A stretch of 63,972 nucleotides of DNA, filler included, from Craspedostauros australis (lineage: Eukaryota): NCBI GenBank assembly GCA_030167865.1. It is 7 parts of 7 records of this genome, joined end to end, with 100 filler letters (N's around TTAATTAATTAA, not from the genome) between each part and the next. Parts side by side here need not be neighbours in the genome. Positions count along the whole stretch, not along the records: positions 1 to 18,528 come from JALAGF010004596.1; 6 more parts are not named here. One strand, 5' to 3'. The position numbers and the translations under genes were made by a program. The notes under the pieces are model-generated. The model did not search any database. It had not been told where the DNA came from and saw nothing but the letters and a program-made list of their open reading frames with translations. Shown here one piece after another: positions 1 to 11,659 of this stretch (positions within the stretch are counted from its first letter, which is position 1; each line of letters begins with the position of its first letter).

Positions 1-410
1 GTGGCGAACAGCAGGATTTGTGAGCAATGCACAGAGAAATACAATGTGACTACCCTTCGAACAAAGAGACACCTTCACTGATACTGCAAAACCAAGTGCA
101 GAACAGATGAAACGAGCATGCCATCACACTGGTCTACTGCGACATAGGAAGTAACACATGCGTGCATCGGTTTGTATTGCGACTGTATCGCGTTCGCTAC
201 ACTACGTTGATACTTGATGTTGTGAAGCGGTTTGCATGGCTTGGCCATTCCAAACGAACGCGCGAGCGCCATGTGTTGCTCTCATCGAATCCCGTCTGTG
301 TATCCCTGTTTGTTGGTCTGTTTCCATTTCATCAATCGTGACGTGGCAAGAGCCTTGCTTAGTCGATCTAGTCAGTTGAGCCAAGTGGCGTGTCCCGTGA
401 AACAAATCGA

Positions 411-590
411 ATGACTTCTAAATAAATCGAATGACGACTATTTATTTCTAATGACGTCTAAATAAATCAAATGACGACTATTTATTTCTAATGACGTCTA
501 AATAAATCTAATGACGACTATTTAATTCGAATGACGTCTAAATAAATCTAATGACGACTATTTAATTCGAATGACGTCTAAATAAATCAA
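411..590. repeat. Nine 20-bp tandem units alternating between two types (40-bp higher-order period)
   Basis: Type A ATGACGTCTAAATAAATCNA (first copy ATGACTTC...) alternates with type B ATGACGACTATTTAWTTCKA; read directly from the sequence. Confidence 0.95.
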
Positions 591-1317
591 GGGTTTGGTG
601 TTGGCACGATTGCTCGGGATTTAACCAAGGCAAACTTAGCGAGGGTCATTCTCGGAGTTTCTGCCCATGTGCCCCATAAATGAAATTGGCGTCTGTGACC
701 GGCAAAGAGTTCCCGAGAACACCAGTTTGAATCGAGAACTTTCTTCTCGGGAAAACAGTTGTCATCGCCAATACAGAAAGCTCTGATTGGCTGGGTCAGT
801 CACATCGCAGATTGACTAATTCGACCCATTTTGCCGGGTGTCCCAGAGGCATCGTCTACACCAATCAGATCGCAGTGTCACATTCCCAGTGATGGCTCGG
901 AAGTTCTTTCGTTCTCATCGAACCGTGGTCCATCGGAACATTCCAGTCGTGGATAATCAGTGATTGCACTGTTCTCTATGATCCGATCGACTGCCTGCAC
1001 GAATCTCCAACGAATTGACTGGTCACCACGTGTTGGCCATTCTCGGCGCAAAAGTTCGCAGTTCTCTTTGGTTTGTCGTTGGGGAAGTTGTTTCCGTTGT
1101 TCCAGTGGTGCACACATGGTGGCGTCGCTGGCTGGCGCCTCCGTTCGTCCCAAGATGTTGATGTTTGCTTCGTGGGTGTGGGTGCTTGGTTGGCGATTGC
1201 AAACTGCGAGGCATGGAGACGATGTCGAGTGCCAACACACTTCGTCCATTTGCTCATTACATCACATCACGTCACATCACAACGATCGTAATCGAGCATC
1301 AGACAGCGAGCACGACG

Positions 1318-1680
1318 ATGAAGCTTTGGGCATCTCTCCTTGTCACCTCCGTTGGCGTTCTTTGCATGCTGCATCCGTCATGGGCCTTGGAGGGCGAGGA
1401 ATCGCACTTTGTCGAGAGCGGAGATAAGATTCGCATGGGGGGTCATGATCAGGACAGCGAGAACATGGATCGAATGAATGAACACGCACGGAGCCGCTAC
1501 AGCGAGCACTTCCGAAACAGCCAGAAGCAACAGAGTCACAACAACATCAACAGTGGCGATGGCATGAAGACTGGCACGAGGCATGGTCGACACCACAAGG
1601 ACCATCCCAAGTACTTGCGGAACAAGGTGTCGGAGGGTATCGTCAAGGAAAATGAACTGAGAATGCCTGGACAACAATAG
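1318..1680 (+). CDS. Small secreted hydrophilic protein (120 aa), unknown function
   Basis: ATG at 1318 after a CA-rich leader; signal-peptide-like MKLWASLLVTSVGVLCMLHPSWA followed by a His/Asn/Arg/Glu-rich mature region; TAG ends at 1680. No family recognised. Confidence 0.6.
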   Translation: MKLWASLLVTSVGVLCMLHPSWALEGEESHFVESGDKIRMGGHDQDSENMDRMNEHARSRYSEHFRNSQKQQSHNNINSGDGMKTGTRHGRHHKDHPKYLRNKVSEGIVKENELRMPGQQ

Positions 1681-2747
1681 GAGGCGACGAGAGTTGGAGG
1701 GTAGCGGTCGACGTGAATAGGTTCTACCCTTCCGCCGAATCACATCGAACCAACACATCATCATCGTTGTGATGACAAGATCTTCCCAGATGAATGCACG
1801 ATGTCTGGAAGGACATAGCACTCGCAGCGTGAACAAAAGCAAGGCAACACGTATCAACGAGATCATCATCATCCGGATGTCCCTGTAAAGAGATCTTCTG
1901 CGACGGCTTGACTCAGAGAGTAGCAGACGCAATAGTCAGATCTTTCCAAAGGTGTTGGGAACTTTCCGACTTTGTTTCCGCCTCTCTGCGTTCTTGTTGT
2001 TCTGCCTTTCTTGCTTTTTGTCCCCGCCTGCTGTTGGCCATGATGATGCGCAGAATCTCAGTGCGAACTGCCTCCTCCTTCACGTGATGGCTTGCGGGCA
2101 CCGCACGAGTACCCGCTCGTGTCGTCGTCCGTGGTACATGTGTGGATAGAGCCCTCCTGAGCAGGGATCGTTCTCATCATCATCACCCCTCCCTCTCTTG
2201 TCCGCTTCGTCTCTCCCATCGACCATCGAGACGTCATGACATGTCGCTGCGTCGGTTGGTATTTCGCGGGACTCCGTGGTGAAAAAGTGAGCAGATTACT
2301 CAGCCGTTATTATCGCGTTATTTCTCTATGTAACGATCTGGGAAAGCTGTTCACGAATCCAACGCAATTCGCAAAATGGGTTGAATCTGTTTGATTGCGT
2401 TCTTGTTGTGTGTCCGTCAAGAGATGGGAGCGGCCACAACAAGATGCGTTGTGCTGTTGCCTTCAAGGAGACTGTCTCTCGAATGATCTGGGGATGCAAC
2501 GATGGCGGGAAGGCACGATGACTGCGACAACATCACCATCGCAGATGTCGTCGTCCACCAACAATACCACACCAGAACACCGATGTGATGTGTCTCGCGC
2601 CATTTCGTTGCCTTTCTCGTTACAAATTTGAAACTCTCATCGTCGCGACCTCACAAAGTGCCGCAAAGTACCACAAGGCGACATCACTCCATCCATCATC
2701 GTCACCCAAAGAGCACCCCAAACATCAGACGTGCGAGTAGAACAATC

Positions 2748-3797
2748 ATGCTGCAATCAAGACGAATCACGCCATGGCAACTATTGCTTGCCTGCGCGAT
2801 CTTCATGGTCACTGCGAACGCTGCTGGCACGAGAAGGATCCGTGGCGCATCATCCGCAGCACGTCCCAGCGAGGCGACGGAAGTGGTCCACCGATCACTG
2901 CAAGACCAGCCGGCACAGAAAACGAGCCTCGCGAGTCAGGAAGGGTTTGGCGGAGCTGGCGGTGAGTTTGTTGGCAGTGGAAATGGCGTCCACCATCGCA
3001 TCTATGTCGCAACCAACATCACGGACGGATGCGAAGGCAAGACCCTGTTTGGGTTCCATCACGCGTGTACCCTCATGAACGGAAGCAATGAGGCAGGCGG
3101 TTTCCCTTGGGCTACTGCCATCTATTGTATTCTGTGATGTATGGCATGAGCTGAGGAATGTGGGCCACAACCAACAATCACTCGCGTGTTGTCTCATTTA
3201 CCCACTTCATTCCACATGCAAACTCACCCTGTCTTGCACCGCTCTCACGAAATCAACTTGCACGTCTCCTGCTCTCCCATTCATCCATCCATTCAACGAC
3301 GGGTATTGCCCATTCAAAACGAACACCGTACTGATCAACGACACACAGCAAGCGCGGGTATCGCCAAGGGAGCCCCCGATGGTGGCTTTCTCAGAGATAG
3401 CTTTGGCGGCGGGCTGATCCTCCTTCCCTTCTGTCCATATCCCGGTTACCAGCATCGTATACCGCAAATCGACGCTCTCGGCTTGACTCCGTGCGAAGTC
3501 AACAGCGATTGTGAGGCTGGTGAGTCCTTGTGACGTCTTGACTTGCTTTGATTCGATTCGATCGTTTCTCACGACACCGCATGACGCATCCTCAATTTCT
3601 CTTGGTCTCTCACAACGAACACAACTGTCGCGATCCATTTGCTGCGCCTCTCCCTCCATCCTCTCTGCATCATCATGAAATATGCACAATACATCCCTGC
3701 AGACGATTGCTGTCTATACCCCGATTGCCATTGCGCACCACGTGCGGAGCTTCAAGAATTCACAGCAGCTCCGTATGGGCAGTGCACATTGGAATAG
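2748..3797 (+). CDS. Secreted protein (~159 aa) with RxL pro-peptide motif and Cys-rich C-terminus; 3 exons
   Basis: Exons 2748-2961, 3349-3519 and 3703-3797. Both donors are GTGAGT, both acceptors CAG, both introns phase 1; total 480 nt with frame kept. Signal peptide (..LLLACAIFMVTANA), then HRSLQD, ending PCEVNSDCEADDCCLYPDCHCAPRAELQEFTAAPYGQCTLE. Confidence 0.6.
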
Positions 3798-4667
3798 AGA
3801 GACTCTGCAAGAACTGCTGCGCTCTGCTTGTCGTTATCGATGATTCCCAGCTGATGCGCATCCTCAAAGGAGCGCACAGCGAATGCATGTATGCGGAGTG
3901 TATCAATGTTAGGTTGCATTGACGACATCATTTGGATGGATATGGTAGATACAAATAATATAATAGAACTCTTCATGGTACACATTCCACGGATATTCAT
4001 CCTCTGTGCAGAAGTTCCTGTGCTTCTGGGAGCGTCGCCGCATGCTGTTGAGGACGAATGATACCGCTTACCACAAGCATCACCTTGGGATTGTCAACAA
4101 CCTCTTTGGAGTTTGCATTCTACTCACATCATGATGCACAAGACGGCAACGACAAGATCATGTTGCTGTTGGTCGAACTCGATCTGGATCACTACAATGA
4201 CTGCATCCAAGCACAATCAACAGCTGTCTGCACCCAGTATTGCAGAATGGATCCATGAGTCATTGGCACATTGAGTAGTTGGGAGTGGCCTGCTGTGTTT
4301 TCGTTGTGTTTGTGATCATCGCATGAGCTATAGTGAGTATAATAAGTAGGTATGGTACACCGAGCTGGAACACCATCCGCGCGCAGGCAAGCGTCTGCTC
4401 AGGATGATCCGCATCCACGAAAGGTGATCAACGATGTTGTTGGTGGGGGTGCTACGAATGCGTTCTTCACCTGGTACGTATTCCTGCTGCTGATAGTTGC
4501 AGAAGAAGCATGATAGTGGACACCAATGGGATGGAAGTGTGCAGTCAATGGAAGCGTTGCTGGTGTTGGACGTCATGATCACGATCAGTCACAGGCACGA
4601 TCATCGACATCACGTTTGCCACCATCGTCGAACAGAATGCAAGTCAGAAGGAAGCAGACAAGCACGT

Positions 4668-5734
4668 TTAGAAGAGTGGCTCTCCGGTGACCCAGTTGTG
4701 GTGGATCATGCCACCGATGGCGAGCATGGCCAGTCTTCCGTTCTTGATCTCCTTCAGCTGCATCTCGGCCATCTCCTCGTCGGACTTGCCAACGGCCAGA
4801 CCCATTGGGTCGAACCCGAGGTTGCCTGGCTCCCGTGCTGGATCCTCGAACATGGTCTCCATGGTGACGTTGCCCTTGTTGGTCCAGAATTCCAAAACAC
4901 CCATCCACAGGACGATCTGGAGCATGGCGGAGGCACCGACGACGGATGGCGCGAGGTTGGAGTCGTCGACGTGGGTGTATCCTGGGATGGTCATCCACTC
5001 CTGCGCGACGAATCCGAGGCATGCGAGCATGGAGGAGCGTCCGTGCTTGATCTCGGCCTCGCGCAGCCACTTCATGTCGAAGTAGTCGGAGAAACCGAGC
5101 GGGTCGAAGCCGACATCGCCGACGTATCCCTTGAGGTTCTTTGGGTTCACGATGAATGGAAGGGACTTGGACATCTCAGCGTTGAGCTGGGTGGTGGCAA
5201 GTCCGCCAGCTGGTCTCTGTTTGTTGGGCATTCGTGCATGTGTGGATGGATGGATGCATGCATGGTGTTGCGATTGTGTCATGACCCGAGGCGGCGCCCG
5301 TCGTGAATCCGGTTGCAGTGGTTGCCCAGTGCGAGAAGAGGACGTATGCAAAGAGGAATAGTTCGGCGGGGTTAGACGTTGTGATAAAGCGAGGGCAACG
5401 CAATCCAAGATGGGTCCTTCGCGATGCCGTTTTCTTGGTCGTCCCCCGTTGCAATGCATGCAGCGATGATCATCGACATGGGGCATGAAGCGGAAGCTTG
5501 CTTGGACGCGATGCTTCCTCCCACTGGCATCATCTCTGGATGACCATCGCAGATCCAACGGTGATGCCGAACGCAATTGGCCACAGCACGCGCGTCCGCG
5601 GTCCTCCACTCTACTGGTACTCCACAGCAGAGTGCCAAACGTGGTTTCACAGGCATCAACTGCATCGCACGCACCTGCGAGACGAAGGCGGAGGAGCTTC
5701 CGATGAGGGCGGCGAAGAGGGTGATGTACTTCAT
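4668..5734 (-). CDS. LHCR: Light-harvesting chlorophyll a/c-fucoxanthin binding protein, Lhcr-type (202 aa); 2 exons
   Basis: Exon 1 5734-5675 (MKYITLFAALIGSSSAFVSQ, signal peptide plus ASAF-like motif), intron 5674-5217, exon 2 5216-4668. LHC motifs GFDPLG, WLREAEIKHGR and KEIKNGRLAM. The SKSLPF mature N-terminus suggests the Lhcr clade; the subfamily is inferred. Confidence 0.93.
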
Positions 5735-6654
5735 GGTGATCGTTTGGTTTGGTTTATTTGACGGTGAGGGTGTGTCTGGAGGACGATGATGGATGTTGCT
5801 GCTGATGCTGCTGGCTGTTCACGGAGATGTTGATGGCAGCTGTTCGAACCAAGGGAGGAGAGAAGAGCCACAGAGAGATACAGAGAGACACAGGGACCAA
5901 CAACAAACCAGGAAGAACCCAAACGACGAAACAGACAAGGCAAGAGCAAGCAGCGGCAACCACGATGGAGACAGATCAACGAGCAAGAGACGCGCGATCT
6001 TTGGCGACATCGTGTGTCTGTGTGGCAGGGCCTTCGCCGTGCTGCGTGACGTAGGAACACAGCACGAGGGTTGGGCGTTGGTTGAACCTGTTGGATCGCG
6101 GGCGGAAGACCATTCATGACTCCATCGATTAGATTAATTCACGAATACTAATCCCGTACCATCTTCTTGCCAACATACATCGTCTGACCATCAACGGTGC
6201 GGTCGTCGAACGATTTGGCGGACCTCTGGTGATGACATCGTTCTTGCGCCATCCTGCCAATCGCGTTGTTGGCATTGGTGTGTTGGTGGATCAGTTGGAC
6301 TGGATGCGAGTAATGAGAAAAAGACGCTGAAACACGCACGCGCAGTCGCAGGATGGACGTACCGCACGTGTTTCACGCAGTGATGATGACCCACCCACCC
6401 AGACACACACACACACACACCCGCACATCAGAAGATCAAGACAGAGAGGATCATCCAACATCACAAACGCACAGACGCACACACGCAAAGCATCGGTTGT
6501 TTGTGGGAAAGGATCGTTTCTGACTTCACACAACGATTCAATCCATTTGAGTTGCATCCTTGTCTCGGCCAGATTGTCATTGTCATTGCCAGCGTCATTG
6601 TCAGCGTCATTTGTTGCACATCATATCCATCAATCCATTGCACATCAAATCAAG

Positions 6655-8851
6655 ATGTTCCGACAAGTCTTCAAATCATCGGCGGCCAGGACGTACGGAG
6701 CCGCTGCTGCTGCCACCGCCTTGATGGCAGCATCCGTCACATCCGACGAAAATGTGGCAGCATGCTCTGACAACTCCGTCATGAACAAGCTCGACAGTCT
6801 GTCCCGGAAACTGTCCAATCTGGAAACCCTCATCGGCGGATCCAAGGCGGTCACGCCCACGGGCAGGAAGCAGGGCATCGACATCGTCCTGGGTGCCCAG
6901 TGGGGTGACGAAGGCAAGGGGAAACTCGTCGATATGCTCAGCCAAGTGAGTTTTCAAATCGGATCGGACAAGGGTCCATTCCTCTGCGTCATGTGATGTC
7001 ATGTCATGTCAGATTCATGACAGTCACATTGGATACGTTACGGTATCGGATGTGACGTTGATGCCGTGCAGTAGCACGTCATTTCATGTATGCATGCACT
7101 CATTCATTCACTCATGCCAATCGAATGAAAAAGAGTGAAGTGGATTGCGCTGCGGGAATGGCCAAACTTCTTGTACGATGTCATTTATGTGAACAATCAA
7201 TCATGAGCACAACTTGTATCCATCATGCACGACACCATCATGCATCTGTGGTGCGGCATCTTCATGGAAAAACATCGGATTGCGCGTGTGATGATGGGAC
7301 GGTGATAACGCAGTTTCCAAATCAAACCATGGTGCAATATCATGGCATGCCATTCCGACTGATTCATTGATCATGCGTGCAGCAACTTCAGTGATGGAGG
7401 GCATCAGTCGCACCCACAAATCAAACACATAATGAATTTGCAATTACCCAGATTTGCCAGGATGCCATCACTCTTCCATTGATTCAAGTATTTTCGATCG
7501 CCAACACCAACAACTCATCTCATTCTTCCCATTGCATTGCAATGCATTTTTCATCATTCACTGTTCCCATACCACACCATTTTATGCTCTGGATATCACC
7601 CATTCGACACACAATTGACAGGAATACGATGTCTGCGCTCGTGTTGCGGGTGGATCAAACGCAGGACATACCATCGTCGTGGACAACGTCAAGTACAAAT
7701 TCCATCTCCTTCCAAGCGGCATCCTCAACAAGAAGGCGCACTGCGTCATCGGCAACGGTGTTGTCATCCACATCCCATCCTTCCTCAACGAACTCGACAA
7801 CCTCGCTGAGAAGGGCATCGATTACAAGGGCAGGGTGCTCGTCTCGGACCGTGCCCACCTCGTCTTCGATTTCCACCAGGCCGTCGACGGCAAGCTGGAG
7901 CAACGTCTGGGACGCAACAAAATCGGAACCACCAAGAAGGGAATCGGCCCAGCCTACGCCTCCAAGATCTCCCGCAACGGCCTCCGCGTTGGCGACTTGA
8001 AGAACTTTGAGTACTTTGAGCAGCGCTTCCGTGCCTTGGCGGAGCACCACATGAGATCCCACCCCGGACTCGAAATCGACATCGAGGCGCAGCTCCAATT
8101 CTACAAGTCCGTCTCGGAACGAATCACCGGCATGACCATCGACACCATCGACTTCACCAACCGCATGTACAGCGAGGGCAAGAAGATCCTCGTCGAGGGC
8201 GCCAACGCCACCATGCTCGACATCGACTTTGGTACCTACCCATACGTCACCTCCTCCAACCCCTCCGTCGGCAGCGTCCTCACGGGCCTGGGCGTCAGCC
8301 CGCGCAAGCTCAAGGGCATCTACGGCACCGTCAAGGCCTACTGCACGCGCGTCGGCGAAGGTCCCTTCCCCACCGAGCTCGACATCGAGCACGGCATCGG
8401 CAACCACCTGCAGCAGGTCGGCGCCGAGTATGGTACCACCACGGGACGATCCCGCCGATGCGGATGGCTCGACGTGCCGCAGCTGCGCTACTCCGCCACC
8501 ATCAACGGCTTCACCTCCCTCAACCTCACCAAGGTGGACGTCCTGACCGGCCTCAAGGAGATCAAGATCGGCAAGGCCTACAAGCGCAACGAGGAATACC
8601 TCACGACCATGCCAGCGAGCCTCAAGGAGCTGGAAGAGGTCGAGGTGCAGTACGAGATCATGCCCGGTTGGACCGAGGACATCACCAACTGCACAAAGTT
8701 CGACGAGCTGCCACTGACCTGCCAAAACTACATCCTGCGCGTGCAGGAACTGATCGGCGTTCCGATACGGTGGATCGGTGTCGGTCCCAACCGTTTGGAT
8801 GTGATTGACAGAGGAGAGAATTGGGATCTCGCCAACGAGGAGGATTACTAG
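6655..8851 (+). CDS. purA: Adenylosuccinate synthetase (506 aa) with N-terminal extension; 2 exons
   Basis: Exon 1 6655-6945, intron 6946-7621 (GTGAGT...CAG, phase 0), exon 2 7622-8851. Signature motifs GAQWGDEGKGK, GGSNAGHT, EGANATMLDIDFGTYPYVTSS and GTTTGRSRRCGWLD. Confidence 0.97.
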
Positions 8852-9634
8852 ATCGGTATGGTATGATTTGGTATGAATGTGTGTGTGTGCATGCGTGTGT
8901 GAGAGCCATCAGCCGTTCTTCAGAACACACGCATACATGCATGCATGCGTTGACAAACGACGAGAAGAAGCGAGATCAAGACAGGGCATTCGTTCATGCT
9001 TTGAACGATTGTGCCCATGCTCCAACCTGCAAAAAAAAACGCGGCGACATGCCTGTGCAAGAGGTAGAGTAGCAGAAAATCAAGAAAGCAACCACGCCAC
9101 AGCACAACAGGCAAGTAACCACCTAACAGCGATTACTCCGCTATCCAAATAACAGTAACGAAGAAACAGTGACATCGAGTGAACTGGCGAATGTGGCTAG
9201 CTTATGGCATATGGGGAGGTGGTATGTCGTGTTCGTGGCAGTGCTCTCATCCACATTCATGTCCGTATTCATAGTCCAAAGTAACGATGTGCTTACTCCT
9301 CCATTGTGCGAGAGCAACGAACCATCTCCGCTGCTCTGTCCTCTACCCTCTATCGTACTCTTGTTCGTGTGAATGTCTGTAGTATATGAAATGGATGTTG
9401 CTCTATTGTTAACGGTATCTGTATTGGAGTGTGATTCTTCTCTTTTGGATCACGGCTGTGCGTGTGTGTGTGAATCGTCGTCATGTAAGTTGTCTCTCTG
9501 TTGAGTACTTGTTGTGATGCATTCGAATTGGATCGTAATGCCATGTGCGGGTTGGGAAAGGCTAGCGTCGCCTTTCCTCTCGCTAAATTACGTATATTGG
9601 TTGCGCAAGTCCCACGCCATTATGGCTGGCTGGC

Positions 9635-11659
9635 TTATCTGCATAGATTGCGCAGGACGCAGTCCAAGGCGAACATGATGAAGAAGACCGCGTCATGCTG
9701 CTCGTTGGGTGCGTACGATTTCTCGTCGGCGCCACCGTGGGCGAAGAGGAGGCTTCGGATGCGGTTGAAATCCTTCGGTGGGATGAGACATCCTTCAGCG
9801 GTGAAGAATGAATTTCCCAACGACACTGGCAGGATGGTGCAGACGATCTGATCTGCGCCATCCCGCAGGACGATACACTGGCCCATCTGGCTGGACACAC
9901 AGTGCTTCTCGCATCGCCAGCCCGGTGCTGGTTCGAATTCGGTGCAGAGCATGAGCTGCGAGTCGTAGACTTGGAACAGGAGTCCGTTGGAGGCATGGTC
10001 GACGACGCGGATGTAGTGGATGTCCTGCGAGCTGATCTTGCGCCTTGCCTTGAGCTTGTCCAACAGCGAGCCATCTTGCGGAGAGCATGCCACCCATCCA
10101 GAAACGATGATGCGGTGCGAATCAATCTCGTCGACGAATGAGTTCTTCCTCATGTAGTCGGGCACAAATTCGGCACCTGCATCCGGTCTCGTCTCTCTTC
10201 TGGAGGTATCAAAAGCGATCGCCGTGATCGGCGGGTGCTTCGGTGGCAGCTCTTCCTGAGAGTTGGCGGGTCGCTGTTGTCTGTTGTGATTGTCATTGTG
10301 GTTGAAGATGGCGCACGAAGGTGGCACGTCAGCTCTTGGTTGTTGCTGGGTCCTTCTGTTTGGACTGTCCATGGCCGGATTCTCGTACTGGTTGATGACG
10401 TTCATGTCGTTGTGGCTGTCGCGCCGGTTCTCCCTGTCCTCGATCTGATCCATGCAACCGATGTGGCGGGATCTCTGTCGCATGTGGGACGTCCTGGGAC
10501 GCTTCGAGGGCGATGCGATGTGGCTGATTTCATCAATATTGGAGCTGCCATCCAAGTCGCGATTGAAGGCGTCGTTGTTGTCGCACAGGACAAGCAGCGG
10601 TGGCGGCGGAGTGATGTCCACCATCTTTTCTGCGCTCCTCGTGGAAAGGTGCAGCTGGAAAGATCGGCGGTGCCGCGCGGTTGTGGAGGAATCCGCGTCG
10701 CTGCGTCTCTTCTTGGGCGTCATCGCTGCGGCTGGGGACTGTGTGGGCGAAGCGATCTGGGCATCGAAGGACATCCTCCTGGGGCCGTCCTTCGACGATC
10801 GTCGTTCTCCAATGATGTTGACGTGGGAGAATCGGTGGTGGTTGCGCAGGAGCATCTGCGGCTCTGCTTCGTCTTGCGTATCATCCACAGAGATGTCGCT
10901 GCATCCGTAGCTGGAGTACGAGTCATCGCTCGCGGTGGACAGCGAATCGAGATCGTCGTCCTGTGTTGCGTTCGTCGATTCGGAGGGAAGCAGGCAGTGA
11001 GAGAAGCAAACGAGAAGAGTCAGTGATGTGTTTGCATTTGCGTTGGCGCGGGACAGCTGGTGCTTCTCACAACATGTGACAAAGAAGCGCTTTCCTGTGT
11101 CAGTCCGTGCCTCAAACGGAAACAGGCAGGCTCTTGACACTGCCTTCTCTTTCACGATCGTGGCTCGACTTTTGGCAGACGCAGAGGATGCATCTCATCT
11201 CAACTTGCATCGCAGTGCGTTGCAACGCTCGTCAGAACTTACAGTGGAGGATGAGTTGCTGCGGCTGCAGCAGCTGTCGAAGGAACTGATGGCCAGGGCT
11301 GCCCTGATCTCGGTTCTGGCCCGTCCGATGGTGCTGTCGGTGGGGGTCGATTTCTTGACATCTCCGAAGCAGAAGAAGCACGAAGCCAGCTTCTTCCATG
11401 AAACTGCCCGCTTGGGCTTGTCCCAGAGGAAGCTCGTGCTGTGATTGTTGTCGTTGGTGCTGATGGTGGGACCGGAGCCGTGGCTGTTGTTGGAGGCTTG
11501 AGTGCGATCCCGCAGCCATGGTCTGGGAATCATCGGCCGCCTTCTCCTGCCATTGCCTCCGAAGGGGCTGCGAACGTGCATGTTGTGGCTGGTGGTGGAG
11601 ATGCCGCCGTGCGCAAGTCCGGGGGCGTTAGGGCCACTTCGGAATCGGGTGTCCAACAT
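9635..11659 (-). CDS. Hypothetical protein (~580 aa): disordered Ser/Asp-rich body plus a ~180-aa globular C-terminal domain; 2 exons
   Basis: Exon 1 11659-11243, intron 11242-10961 (GTAAGT...CAG, phase 0), exon 2 10960-9635. Splicing joins the two long ORFs in frame. No family recognised. Confidence 0.7.

Noticed and set aside
411..590. CRISPR-like look of the 20-bp array
   Set aside because: The intervening segments are two alternating sequences, not unique spacers; the context is eukaryotic and there are no cas genes.
7655..8725. Long antisense ORFs over purA (also over Lhcr, both CRAL-TRIO genes and the GT-like gene)
   Set aside because: These are shadow ORFs expected from strong GC3 codon bias on the coding strand, and they carry no motifs of their own.
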